A DNA stretch of 34,450 bases, from positions 1 to 34,450 of the IMG/VR virus record IMGVR_UViG_3300037722_000335; one strand, written 5' to 3'. Numbering within the stretch: position 1 is the stretch's first letter; each line of letters opens with the position of its first letter. Shown here in pieces: positions 1-9,929 of this stretch. The position numbers were made by a program, and so were the translations under genes. The notes below the pieces were generated by a model. That model did no database searches. It was not told where the DNA came from and worked only from the letters and a program-made list of their open reading frames with translations. This DNA is from a virus (lineage: Duplodnaviria > Caudoviricetes).

Positions 1-627
1 CTGATCGATTTTATCATCGATTTCGGTTTGTGTGTAAAAATCCACATTAGCCCATTCGTAAGACGCTGAGCCAACCGATTTAAGATATTGCAATGTGGTT
101 GTTGGCTGTGAGGTCAGGCCGTCACCTACGCTGCCGATATAAGCGATTATAGCATCACTGTCCGGAATATTTGAACCTGGAACAAGGGTATCCTCAACAT
201 TGCGGGTAATAACTGTGCCCGTTTCGGAATGCAGCACAGGTGGGTCGATGCCATTCAGAAAATTATAAGCCCATCCGCTTGATATAGGTTTTGTGTTCGA
301 TTCCGTAGGTTCGCTGTCAATGTCAGCCTGAACCAGTGGATTGGTGAGCGCTGTCTGAAAATAACTTGGCTCATTACCACCTAACAACACTGAATCTGGC
401 GCTGTTCCAGTGGCAAGCAACCAAGGAGCTTCGGAAAATGTCATAGAAGAAAGACGGTTGCCAGCCGTGTTCCCTGAGTTGACGGTGAGCATCTTATCTT
501 CTGGGGCGGGAGTTCCGAGCGTCGGAGCGTCGGAAATATCCACGGCTGCCGTGTCTTCAAGATACTGGTAGTCTTTTGCACATCCCAACAACAGGATCAG
601 CGCGAAGAGTATTGCGAGTTTTTTCAT
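1..627 (-). CDS. Predicted lipoprotein (C-terminus runs off the window) with tail-fibre-like motifs
   Basis: Not in ORF track. Manual translation from ATG at 627 gives MKKLAILFALILLLGC-AKDYQ..., open to base 1. Basic N-terminus, hydrophobic stretch and lipobox LLG-C; later APDSVLLGGNEPSYF and FYTQTEIDDKI motifs. Confidence 0.75.
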   Translation of the reverse strand, partial: MKKLAILFALILLLGCAKDYQYLEDTAAVDISDAPTLGTPAPEDKMLTVNSGNTAGNRLSSMTFSEAPWLLATGTAPDSVLLGGNEPSYFQTALTNPLVQADIDSEPTESNTKPISSGWAYNFLNGIDPPVLHSETGTVITRNVEDTLVPGSNIPDSDAIIAYIGSVGDGLTSQPTTTLQYLKSVGSASYEWANVDFYTQTEIDDKIDQ

Positions 628-628
628 G

Positions 629-991
629 TTAGACCATAAAAGTGAGGTTGATTTTTAACTGCTGGTCTATCTCTGTACCGTCCAGCATCTCGAAGTAATG
701 CACTGTTTTTGTATTGTCTATCACGCCAAGGACCGCATGACCCTTGATCTGTACCATGCAAACAGGCCAGTCAAATTCACACATCATAGCTACGGCAACG
801 ATGACGTTACGAGCGCAGTCTATTTTGTCTTTGACTATTCGTGGGTCGTGCAGTCGTCGTATTTCCCTTTCTTTGATACAGTCAGCAACCGCTTTTTTAA
901 TCTGCTCGATAGTCGGTAACATCCATCTTTTAGCAAAGAGCAGGTTGTCGGATTTAGGGAAAAGCGCCCTTACTTCATTCGATGTTATCAT
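629..991 (-). CDS. Hypothetical protein, possible papain/transglutaminase-like Cys-His fold
   Basis: 120-aa ORF packed between neighbours; KIDC...GHAV spacing resembles a Cys-His dyad (weak). Confidence 0.55.
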   Translation of the reverse strand: MITSNEVRALFPKSDNLLFAKRWMLPTIEQIKKAVADCIKEREIRRLHDPRIVKDKIDCARNVIVAVAMMCEFDWPVCMVQIKGHAVLGVIDNTKTVHYFEMLDGTEIDQQLKINLTFMV

Positions 992-3900
992 TATCTTTCC
1001 TGTTCATATCATTGGCTATTTCTCGCATTACAATTGCCACCTTTTCTTTTGAGGTGGCACCGGCAAGCGCCTTGGTAAATGCAGTGTTTTTCGCAAGTAG
1101 CCCCTGTTTGACAATCCGATCTTTTAATTTCGGGGCAATCCCGGCTACAACCATTTTTTCTTCCTGTGTCATCTTTGACAGGGATTTATCAATCGCGACA
1201 TTCTGTTTAGTTTTTTCCAGATCAATCGCTCGAAATTCGTCATATATTTTCTCGGTAACACCCCTGTCTGAAATCTGGATATATGCCCCGATTGCATTAA
1301 CGCCCCATAGGTTTAAAACTATCTCGGCAGTAGAACGCTCCCTTTTAATGTCGTCATATTCCGGTTTATATAAAGTCCCGCCGCCGGTGTCGCGCCAGAC
1401 GTTTTTGACAACTTCTTCGGCCAGCATTAATCCGCCTAAATCCATGGCCGCGTCACTGTTCTTGTTCCGGCCCATATAATCGTCAACTGGATTAATGCCT
1501 TTTACATAAACGTCACGGACATATAGCGCCGATGCTGGCACAGGATGCAATTGATACGGGAAGAAGTTGTATGCTTCCGACAAAGCGGTTCCTTTCCCGA
1601 CAAACTTACCCTTCATCATTTTCCAGGCAATCGCGCCAAAGGTCTGTCCCTCGTAATCTCTGGGTATTTGCAACCAAACACTTTTGCCGTCTTTGGTTAA
1701 AAACAAAGGAATACAAGTATAATGCGACATATTGTATTCAGGGATTCCGGCGTAAATCCTTTTGATATAACCGCCTCCGGTGATTGTCCCATCGTCTTCA
1801 CCGTCATCGTAGACTCCCTTTGCGGCAAGAAACATCATCACAGTAGGCACCACATTAAGGGCCATGGTTTTCCAGATATAATCAGCAGGACTCTCTTTTA
1901 TCGCTTCGATATGGGACTTGATCCCCTGTACCGCGACATTGGAAAACATGGCAATAGAGTTGGTATATTTGTGCAGTTTGCCCCGCTCTTTAAAGTTCGG
2001 TGTTCCTATCCTGCCGTTTCTCACTCGGTTAAGGACTTCTTGTTTTGAAAGACCACGCTTTAAAAGATACTGTGCCCCGGCAATCTTGCTGACTATCTCC
2101 ATTGACCGGCCAACGTTATCAACGTTTCTGTTTAATCCGGTCCATGCTTTTCGCCACTTGCCTACATTCTGGTCTGCCTTGGTGGAAAGTTTATAATTAG
2201 CCTGCAAGCGGTGCAATTCGCCGTCTGTGGAAATATCCCGACCATCATAAACTCTGTCTTCAGTCAGGGCTCTGTTGGTCATCAGCCAGTCTACGGTGTC
2301 ACTCCGTTTTCTTTTCCATGCCTCATTAAAAGCTTCCGGGGTAGCTTTTAAATAGGTCAACAGCAGTCCCGGTATATGACGCAAGCCGATCTCTTTATTC
2401 TTCGTGACCGTGCCAAAGAAGTCGCGGGTTGCGTTTTTTGCCATCCATGCTGGATTCTTTGAAATAAACAACTGTCTGGTGAAAGACGATATCATTTGCC
2501 ACGCTTCGGATACCTGATTGGCGGTGTACGGGTCGGATTCGTAAGCCTCGGCAATATGCTGAGAAACATAATAGTTTTCTGCATTACCGTTTATCATCAC
2601 CGTGAATATTTTCTCGTTGGCCTCGCTTGATTCGGCGGCCACCATAAACTTGCCGTTAAATTTGACGCTTGCCGGTTTGAGTTCGCCTACTTCTTGCAAC
2701 AATGGGAGTATCGAGCGTTTTGATTTGTTTATCCGTGCAGCCCGGATAAGAGAAATATCCTGAATGATTGTCGCTGTTACCGGGGAGTTGACTTCTGACA
2801 AAGTGCCAAGTGCTTTGTAAACTCTGCCGCCGGCACCTTCACCGAACTTCTTATTCAGATGATGGGTAACAGAGACTTTGGTATAATCGGTTGTCTCGTT
2901 CATAAACTTAACGAGTTCGTCAGAATATAAACCGGATTCTTCCATCAATGGGTATATTCGTTTATCCCTAATGCTTCTGAACTTGTCGAGCAGGGCGTTT
3001 ACCATATCGTATTTCTCTGCGCCCCAATCTGCCTTTAATACTCCAAGGTCTTTAGCTGCTGTTTCCGGGGTATATCCTTTAGTGGAAAAAACATCTTTCC
3101 TGTTGGCGGCGATATGTTTTCTCAAAGCTACTACGTCAAGGTCGTGGACGGTCAGGTTGTTATCGTCCATTTCCTTTTGCAGCCCGTTTATTTCGAACAG
3201 GTAAGCGTCAACCTCGGAAGGGATGTAGGGAAGTTCCTTGAGTTCGTTAATGGCCGCCGTAGCTTTTGTCTTATCGGTGCTTTGCTTGAGTGCCTTGTTT
3301 ATAAAGTGGTGCTTGTCGCTTAGATTTTCAGCCAAGGTATCAATAAATCCCTGGCTATCGTCAATCTTGGCCAGTTCTGCCCGAACACCTTCACCGCGCT
3401 GGAGCATTTCGTAATCGCTTTGGATTCTGGCTCTCGAAACCTCAACAGGTCCACGCCCTATCCTTTTAGCAATATCGCCCCATATCTCGGAGGCTTCCGG
3501 CTTGTTGTCGATGTAGTTAAAAAATCCCTTATAAAATTCAGGTGCTACCCGCTGGACCATTTGCGGATTAACCAAGATTCCAGACAACGCATCGGCGTAA
3601 AGTTCTTCAGATGAAAAACGATACTTGGTATATTTGGCATTGCCCCAAACATTGAACGGCTTCCACAGTTGGGTAAACAGTTTCAGTTCTTCGGTAATGA
3701 CTTCCTTGGAAATCAGGTTGCGTTTCAGGATCTCTTCCTTGACCAGTTCCTTGAACTTATTGTAAACGTCCTTGTTGGTCGGTTTCGGCTGTTCTATCTG
3801 GTTGCCGGTTTTAACTTCAATGTATGTTTTAAGGTGGGCCATTTCCGCGGGAGAAAGCCCTTTCATGGCCTGTAGCCCGATAGACTTTTTCACGGCGGTC

Positions 3901-6900
3901 GACGCGGTGAAGATAAAACTTATTACATCGGCGGTCGGTTCTGGATCTGTTTCCATGCCTTTTAAGACGGCAAGGACTTGTTCAGGGGTAACCGGAGTTT
4001 CTGTGGTGATAACCTCGTCGATTAACTCACTGGCTTCGCGTTTGGTTAAGAGTCGTGCTTCTTTCATTAACCGTTTGCGGTCGGCCTCGGTGATAACTCC
4101 CGGCGCTCCGGGTTTTTCTTCGATGTAATGCTTTAAATATCCCTTAATAGAAGCTATCCGGCCAAGGATATTACCTCGCGCCATGGTGTCAGCATCTTTG
4201 TAGTCGATCAAGTGGCCTATTTCGTGGGCCATGGTCTTTAATGCCTGGTGAAAGTCTGCGCCTAATTCTTTGAGTATTTTAATCCCGCCCAGGCCGGATG
4301 GCATAAACTGACCTTTTACTCCTGCTTTGCGGAATTTGTCTACCAGTAGTGGACGGTTGCCATTCATTAACTCGGTTGCCAGCTCGACCAGTTCGGGCAT
4401 TTCCATAATAACCGGCGTGTCGGAAAACTCGCCCATGGAATACAGACCGTAGCTTTTGGCTTTATCGGCGTTCATCGGTTCGCCTTGTGCTGGCATTACC
4501 GCAGCGATAAATTCACCTTCGTTATAGCCAAACACCACACCATCAGGAGATATCCGGTATTCAACATCCGGATAGATCGATTCAACTATATTCAGCTTGC
4601 CTTGTGACACGTTAAACCGTTTGTTGGTTATGGTGTCCATGATGATAGCCTGTGCGTTTAACTCGCCCATCTGCAATACAGGCCCTTTGGCTACCACTGT
4701 ATCTGTTTCGCCACTGGTGTAATATCTTATCTCGGCTGGATTGGCTTTCTCGGCCATCTGCTGATACGAAACAAGAGCCGTATCAAAGGAGCTATTTTCT
4801 TCGGTAGGTCTGTTCGGCGGCTTAAATCCCCTAACCGCCATGGTACTGTCACTCACCCATTCACCATGAGTGATAGTTTTCTCCGCCCAGTCGAAAGTCT
4901 TCTTCGCCTTATTGGTCGGATTGACATTGGTCGAGCTTTTACGGATTGCCGGAGCAGGAGTGTAAATTCTGCTGACCAGTTTCTTGAAAGAACGGAGCGC
5001 GGTCTTGTTATTCAGTACGGTGTATTCAGTACCGTCTGGCAGGATAAACCGAACCGCCTTCACCTCTTCGGATATTCGCGGGACCGCTGCTTCAACTACC
5101 CGCTGGACCTCTTCGATCTTTTTCTTTTTCGGACCTTCGGCTTCGTCTATGGCTACGATGTGGATTTTATCGGTCGGCTGCCAAGGTACTGGACTGTTCT
5201 TTGAAACTTTCCACTTTTCCCCGACAATCGATTCAGACAAGGTGTAATTCTTGTGACTGCTGATTAACTTCGGCTTTGCCAGTTCTGCCAGCTTCTTTTC
5301 TTCCTTGGCTATTGCGTCTTTGACTTTCTTCGGCCCGTACTCTTTTAAAAAGTCGGTCAGGTCTTCAAGTAGTTCAAGGTCTGCAACGTCGATGTTTTCC
5401 AGTTCTTTATCGGTGCGCTTTTTAACCAGTTTTTGGGCTGACTCGTTGAAGTCGGCTTTTACTTTTGCGGAATCAAACTTGCCTAATAGTTCGTTGCTGG
5501 CAAGACCTTCACTAACCATGTCCGATAGGATAGCCCTTGCCGCGCGGGTTAAGGGTATGTCCTTTATGTTGTCCGATAGAATTGCAGTCGATATGGTATC
5601 AAACTCAATCTCGTCTATGTGGGGGCGGGATTGCTTGATCTTGAGTATTTTGGCTGTGTCGCTGCCTGTGGTGGTAATCGTTTCTTTTGGTTTGGTTGGT
5701 TCGCTTTGAAGTGCTACCGTCTCGGCCTTTGGCCCGGATGGTTCATTGGTTTCTTTGATTGTTTCTCCGCCTGACGCATCACCCCACTTTCTCCTTCTAA
5801 TTATCAATGGGGTTAATTCTTTGTTTATTTCGTCGAACCCCACCTCTCCATAAGAAACATTTCTTGCTTGTTTTGCCAGTTCGTTATATCTGCCTACCTC
5901 TTCTCCACTTAAAGGACCTTCTCCTTTTTTATACTCTACTGCTTTTATATTGGTAGATTTTTTTTCTGGAGGGCTAAAATTACCGATCTCACCGACAAAC
6001 GACGCATCAGACAAAACAGCCTCGCCGCTATCATTAAAAACCTCGTCAGTGTTTATTGATCCTGTTACTATTCTTACGCCGTATCCCCAGTCGTAACTTC
6101 GAGCAAGGTCATAGGCTTCTTTGAGATTTTCTACTTTTTGACTATATGAATCATAATCCCATGAACCAGAAACAAGAGCAACAGAAGTGCCATTAAGTTC
6201 TCTCCAAAGTTCTTGGTCTATGTTTTCTGGTGAGTCCCAAGATTTTTTTGGTTTACCTGTGACATTTTCTTCTTCTGTAATGGATCTAATACCAACAACT
6301 CCAGTCTTGGTATTGTTGTCTATGTGGTTTATTAATTTGGAAAGAGATTTTTCAGACTTAACATTAAAAACACTTTCATTGACCTTGACAACAGCCTCTT
6401 TCTTTGATGTGTCATCGCTTATTTGCTCTTTCTTCGCCGCATACTCAGCCTTTTTAAGCACGTTCAACCTAAATTTTGCATCGGCAAGTTCAGCCTTCAA
6501 TGCAGCAATAGGATTGCTTTTAATTTGTGCGTTGAGTTTGGTTATCTCTTGACGGACTGATTTAACCGTTGGCTTTTTGGCCTGTGGTTTCAGTTCACCT
6601 TTAGCCGGACCATCACCAACCACCCATTCTTTAAACTCGACAACAGGCATAGAAACAACTGACTTGCCGCCTGTCCAGCCTTTTTCATAGTTGGAGTTAT
6701 AGAGGTCGAGCGCTTCTTTTTTTGAGCCAACACCCAACACGCTCTTATGTTCATCGAAGGAACCGTCTTTATTGTGCTGATTGACCACATAAACAGTATC
6801 AGCGTTGCCTTTGTACCCCGGTGCAATAAAGATATCCACATGATCTTTGTCATATCCTTTGCTGCCAAGGATTCGCCCGTAGTCGTTCTTCATTTTGATT

Positions 6901-9206
6901 GACCACTGACGACCGCTATTGTCGGTTCCTGATCTGGTTGATCCTGCGGGGTTTTCGATTGAAAGGTTTAGTCCATCAATTGATACTTTAGCCGTTTTGT
7001 AATTCTCTGCTTCTTTCTGTTTTTCGCTTGGATTGGTGTTGACTTCCTGACCATTTACTATAGATTTTGGATTTTCAACAACACCTCCGGACGGTGCGCT
7101 TGCTGTCGCTTCGGTCGTCGGAGCTATTCCAGAGGCTTCCGGAGGTGTTTCCTGCGCCGTGCTGTCCTGCTTGGTGCTTTCTACCTTGTCGGGGATAGAC
7201 TCTTGAACCGCTTTACCTGTCGGCTCCACAGGAGATATTTGACCACTTCCTTTTATTTCTGCACTCTCTTGAGCCCGAATATCGACATTAGACAATCCGA
7301 CATTGCCAGATTCTGTGGCTTTGGTTTCAGTTGAAGTTGGCTCATTTGGTTCAGTCGGCAAATCTCTTTTTGCTTCTCGGTTTTCTCCATTTGGATAAAC
7401 CTTACCCCCTTTATTATCCGTTGTTCTTTGGTATGGGGGTAGAGTTCCTTCACCTGTTCGGGTGTAATCCAGATTTTCTCCATTAGTCGTTCCTCCTTCT
7501 GGATTTACAGGTGATGGCTGCAACTCGGCATTGCCGGTTTCTGCAATTGTTCCATTGTCAGGCTGGACCTGTTCTGCCGCCGCCTGTCTGACTTCGACCC
7601 TTCCTTCAGGTATCGCTGATTTCGGAGTAGTTTGATTTCCAATATTTTGAACAGGACCATTTGGCTCTCCTTGTATTGGATCGGATACTGGCTCATCAGC
7701 TGGCAAAACAATTTTCTCGTAAAGTTTATTCTCACTCGGAATAATGCTCAGCGGTCCGGCTGGTAAATCATTGACACGTTCTGCATTTCCTTCATTCGCC
7801 TTAGGTAAAGGGATCTCAGTTCTTGGTGATAAAAGTCCCGTTGCTCTTTCAAGGTCAACTGTGGCTTCGGCTTCGGTAATATCCGGATTTCCACCTTTTT
7901 GAAGAATATCATTCTGCGCTCCCTGGAGTATCCCTGTACCCTGTTGGAATTTAGATATAGCCTCGTCAACATTCTTGGCCTGTAATATGTCAACCGATAC
8001 GGCTCGTTTCAGATTGAGCATACTTGAGCCGGTCATCATTGCCCCGCCCTGTCCTGCACCGACTACAAGGCCAATTCCGGCGGCCTCGGCGTTACCTTCG
8101 CGCCATGGTCTGCCGAGAGCCACATTGGTTAAGGCGTTTTCATTATACGACTGAAGAGTCTCTTCAAGACCTTCCTTTACCGTACCTTTAAGAATATTAG
8201 GAACGGCTTGTTTAGCAGCGATACGTCCACCGAGGCCAGCGGTAGCAAGAGAGGCTTCAGCGTCACGCAGGCCGGGAATCTTTGAAGTGAGTCCACCAAT
8301 TGCAGCAGTGCCTATCCCTGCGGCTGTGGCTGGCAGAATGGTATCGCTCCAATCTCTTCCGGCCTGTCTGCCTTGTTCCTGAATTAGTCCGGCGGTCTGT
8401 GCACCCTCTGCGCCAGCCCCAGCCATGACTATCTTTGATTGTACTGATGGATTTAAAAAGAATTTAGCGGCGAAGTCTTTAGCTGCGGCTGATCCGGCGG
8501 TAATGCCGTTTTTCGCCAAAGCGGAACCGAGCAACTTTACTGCGGCGAATCTGGCTACCGCGGCTCCTGAAGCGGTAAGGGCGGAGGATTCGACTATAGC
8601 GCCGAAAGCTACTGAAGGATTGTCGAGCAGAGCGTCGACCGTGCCGAGAAAACCTTTGGCTTCTGATACTTCCGTGTTGGCTTGCTTACGGCTGTCTGAA
8701 TAACCTTGAGCTAAAAGCCCTTTTGCTGCGGCTGGATCGTATCCAATTTTGGATAAACCTTTTCCAACCAGGTTGAAAGAAGCCATATCAGCAATACCGA
8801 CCCCAGCCTCACCTAAACCAATTACGCTGTTGGCGGCATCGATTGCCGTGTCTTTGGCCGCTTCACCCCATGTACGGTCTATCTTTCCTTCTCTTTCTGG
8901 ATCTTCGGGATATTCAACAGGAGCGTGAACACTTTTGGCAGGGCCAGCCGGAGTCAATCCTTCGAACATTGGATTGGGCTGTTTTGCGTCAACGAATGGT
9001 TGTTCTTTGAGAGCGTCGCCGTAAAAACGTGACATAAAGCCCGACCTAACTTTTTCTTTGTCCTCGTCAGGCAGTAAAACATAAGACTTGTGAGTTTCGT
9101 ATTTCGACCATTCTCGGTTGATATAATTCTTAATAACCGTCGCTTGATCTTCAGGATTCAAAGACTGAAATTTAGGATGTTGCCTGATTTTGTCTAAGCG
9201 CATCAC
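975..9206 (-). CDS. Giant polyvalent / internal virion (ejection) protein with InPase, zincin metallopeptidase and LPD38-like modules
   Basis: 2743 aa, at the end of the ejection-gene block. InPase motif (IENPAGSTRSG...DYGRI...DKDHVD...FDEHK), AHEIGH zincin motif, C-terminal IPEY...WLQIPRDYE LPD38-like segment, N-terminal Ala/Gly-rich region. Confidence 0.85.
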   Translation of the reverse strand: MMRLDKIRQHPKFQSLNPEDQATVIKNYINREWSKYETHKSYVLLPDEDKEKVRSGFMSRFYGDALKEQPFVDAKQPNPMFEGLTPAGPAKSVHAPVEYPEDPEREGKIDRTWGEAAKDTAIDAANSVIGLGEAGVGIADMASFNLVGKGLSKIGYDPAAAKGLLAQGYSDSRKQANTEVSEAKGFLGTVDALLDNPSVAFGAIVESSALTASGAAVARFAAVKLLGSALAKNGITAGSAAAKDFAAKFFLNPSVQSKIVMAGAGAEGAQTAGLIQEQGRQAGRDWSDTILPATAAGIGTAAIGGLTSKIPGLRDAEASLATAGLGGRIAAKQAVPNILKGTVKEGLEETLQSYNENALTNVALGRPWREGNAEAAGIGLVVGAGQGGAMMTGSSMLNLKRAVSVDILQAKNVDEAISKFQQGTGILQGAQNDILQKGGNPDITEAEATVDLERATGLLSPRTEIPLPKANEGNAERVNDLPAGPLSIIPSENKLYEKIVLPADEPVSDPIQGEPNGPVQNIGNQTTPKSAIPEGRVEVRQAAAEQVQPDNGTIAETGNAELQPSPVNPEGGTTNGENLDYTRTGEGTLPPYQRTTDNKGGKVYPNGENREAKRDLPTEPNEPTSTETKATESGNVGLSNVDIRAQESAEIKGSGQISPVEPTGKAVQESIPDKVESTKQDSTAQETPPEASGIAPTTEATASAPSGGVVENPKSIVNGQEVNTNPSEKQKEAENYKTAKVSIDGLNLSIENPAGSTRSGTDNSGRQWSIKMKNDYGRILGSKGYDKDHVDIFIAPGYKGNADTVYVVNQHNKDGSFDEHKSVLGVGSKKEALDLYNSNYEKGWTGGKSVVSMPVVEFKEWVVGDGPAKGELKPQAKKPTVKSVRQEITKLNAQIKSNPIAALKAELADAKFRLNVLKKAEYAAKKEQISDDTSKKEAVVKVNESVFNVKSEKSLSKLINHIDNNTKTGVVGIRSITEEENVTGKPKKSWDSPENIDQELWRELNGTSVALVSGSWDYDSYSQKVENLKEAYDLARSYDWGYGVRIVTGSINTDEVFNDSGEAVLSDASFVGEIGNFSPPEKKSTNIKAVEYKKGEGPLSGEEVGRYNELAKQARNVSYGEVGFDEINKELTPLIIRRRKWGDASGGETIKETNEPSGPKAETVALQSEPTKPKETITTTGSDTAKILKIKQSRPHIDEIEFDTISTAILSDNIKDIPLTRAARAILSDMVSEGLASNELLGKFDSAKVKADFNESAQKLVKKRTDKELENIDVADLELLEDLTDFLKEYGPKKVKDAIAKEEKKLAELAKPKLISSHKNYTLSESIVGEKWKVSKNSPVPWQPTDKIHIVAIDEAEGPKKKKIEEVQRVVEAAVPRISEEVKAVRFILPDGTEYTVLNNKTALRSFKKLVSRIYTPAPAIRKSSTNVNPTNKAKKTFDWAEKTITHGEWVSDSTMAVRGFKPPNRPTEENSSFDTALVSYQQMAEKANPAEIRYYTSGETDTVVAKGPVLQMGELNAQAIIMDTITNKRFNVSQGKLNIVESIYPDVEYRISPDGVVFGYNEGEFIAAVMPAQGEPMNADKAKSYGLYSMGEFSDTPVIMEMPELVELATELMNGNRPLLVDKFRKAGVKGQFMPSGLGGIKILKELGADFHQALKTMAHEIGHLIDYKDADTMARGNILGRIASIKGYLKHYIEEKPGAPGVITEADRKRLMKEARLLTKREASELIDEVITTETPVTPEQVLAVLKGMETDPEPTADVISFIFTASTAVKKSIGLQAMKGLSPAEMAHLKTYIEVKTGNQIEQPKPTNKDVYNKFKELVKEEILKRNLISKEVITEELKLFTQLWKPFNVWGNAKYTKYRFSSEELYADALSGILVNPQMVQRVAPEFYKGFFNYIDNKPEASEIWGDIAKRIGRGPVEVSRARIQSDYEMLQRGEGVRAELAKIDDSQGFIDTLAENLSDKHHFINKALKQSTDKTKATAAINELKELPYIPSEVDAYLFEINGLQKEMDDNNLTVHDLDVVALRKHIAANRKDVFSTKGYTPETAAKDLGVLKADWGAEKYDMVNALLDKFRSIRDKRIYPLMEESGLYSDELVKFMNETTDYTKVSVTHHLNKKFGEGAGGRVYKALGTLSEVNSPVTATIIQDISLIRAARINKSKRSILPLLQEVGELKPASVKFNGKFMVAAESSEANEKIFTVMINGNAENYYVSQHIAEAYESDPYTANQVSEAWQMISSFTRQLFISKNPAWMAKNATRDFFGTVTKNKEIGLRHIPGLLLTYLKATPEAFNEAWKRKRSDTVDWLMTNRALTEDRVYDGRDISTDGELHRLQANYKLSTKADQNVGKWRKAWTGLNRNVDNVGRSMEIVSKIAGAQYLLKRGLSKQEVLNRVRNGRIGTPNFKERGKLHKYTNSIAMFSNVAVQGIKSHIEAIKESPADYIWKTMALNVVPTVMMFLAAKGVYDDGEDDGTITGGGYIKRIYAGIPEYNMSHYTCIPLFLTKDGKSVWLQIPRDYEGQTFGAIAWKMMKGKFVGKGTALSEAYNFFPYQLHPVPASALYVRDVYVKGINPVDDYMGRNKNSDAAMDLGGLMLAEEVVKNVWRDTGGGTLYKPEYDDIKRERSTAEIVLNLWGVNAIGAYIQISDRGVTEKIYDEFRAIDLEKTKQNVAIDKSLSKMTQEEKMVVAGIAPKLKDRIVKQGLLAKNTAFTKALAGATSKEKVAIVMREIANDMNRKDNDNIE

Positions 9207-9928
9207 TCACCGAGGAGGGAATTAATGTCTAACTCAATATCGTCTACATCCGAATCTTCATCTTCACTTGACATTATACCACTCTTTTCTTCAGGAATAA
9301 ACCTTGAAAGATAGTTTCTATACCTCGTTAAACTATTTATTACCTTTTCTTTATCTTCCGGTGACATTTCGGCCTTGGTGTTGATAAATGGGGCCAACTC
9401 AGGCATTTTTTCAAGTATGCCGCTCATCCCATCTTCGGTTAGCATGTTGCCTTTCCTGATGTTTCCTATCTGTGTGTCGATAGTGGCAATTTCTTTTAAT
9501 GCTGTTCCGGGTTTTATTTCAGGCTTTGCCAATCCTTTCATGCCCATTAATTCTTTACGGCTGGAAATCTGCTTGTCTGCCAGTTTGTCTGCTGCCGACA
9601 TTCTCATCCCAAGAAGTCCTTTTTCTCTTTCGTATTGTGTTTCTGAGTCGAGCCGCTTATCTTCGGTCATTTTTTCGTAATCTGACGCACTAGCGGAGCG
9701 GTCCCTGACATACTTTTCGAAATCGTCTTCTTTCGCATTAGTTCGGTTTGTCGCGTCACGTTCGGTTGAGAGTTTATTACCGAACTCCATATTATCGCGC
9801 CCGTATTGCTGCATGAGTGCGGCAAAAGATTGTTTTCGTTTTTCGTCGGCCTGTTTCTGAAGTTCGGTAAGGTTGGCAGAGGCACCACCGGCAATCCCGC
9901 CTAAAACTGCATGAGCTAATAATCCCAT
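9203..9928 (-). CDS. Putative internal virion / DNA ejection protein
   Basis: Hydrophobic Gly/Ala N-terminus (MGLLAHAVLGGIAGG) followed by coiled coil; directly upstream of the giant protein with a 4-bp overlap. Confidence 0.6.
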   Translation of the reverse strand: MGLLAHAVLGGIAGGASANLTELQKQADEKRKQSFAALMQQYGRDNMEFGNKLSTERDATNRTNAKEDDFEKYVRDRSASASDYEKMTEDKRLDSETQYEREKGLLGMRMSAADKLADKQISSRKELMGMKGLAKPEIKPGTALKEIATIDTQIGNIRKGNMLTEDGMSGILEKMPELAPFINTKAEMSPEDKEKVINSLTRYRNYLSRFIPEEKSGIMSSEDEDSDVDDIELDINSLLGE

Positions 9929-9929
9929 T

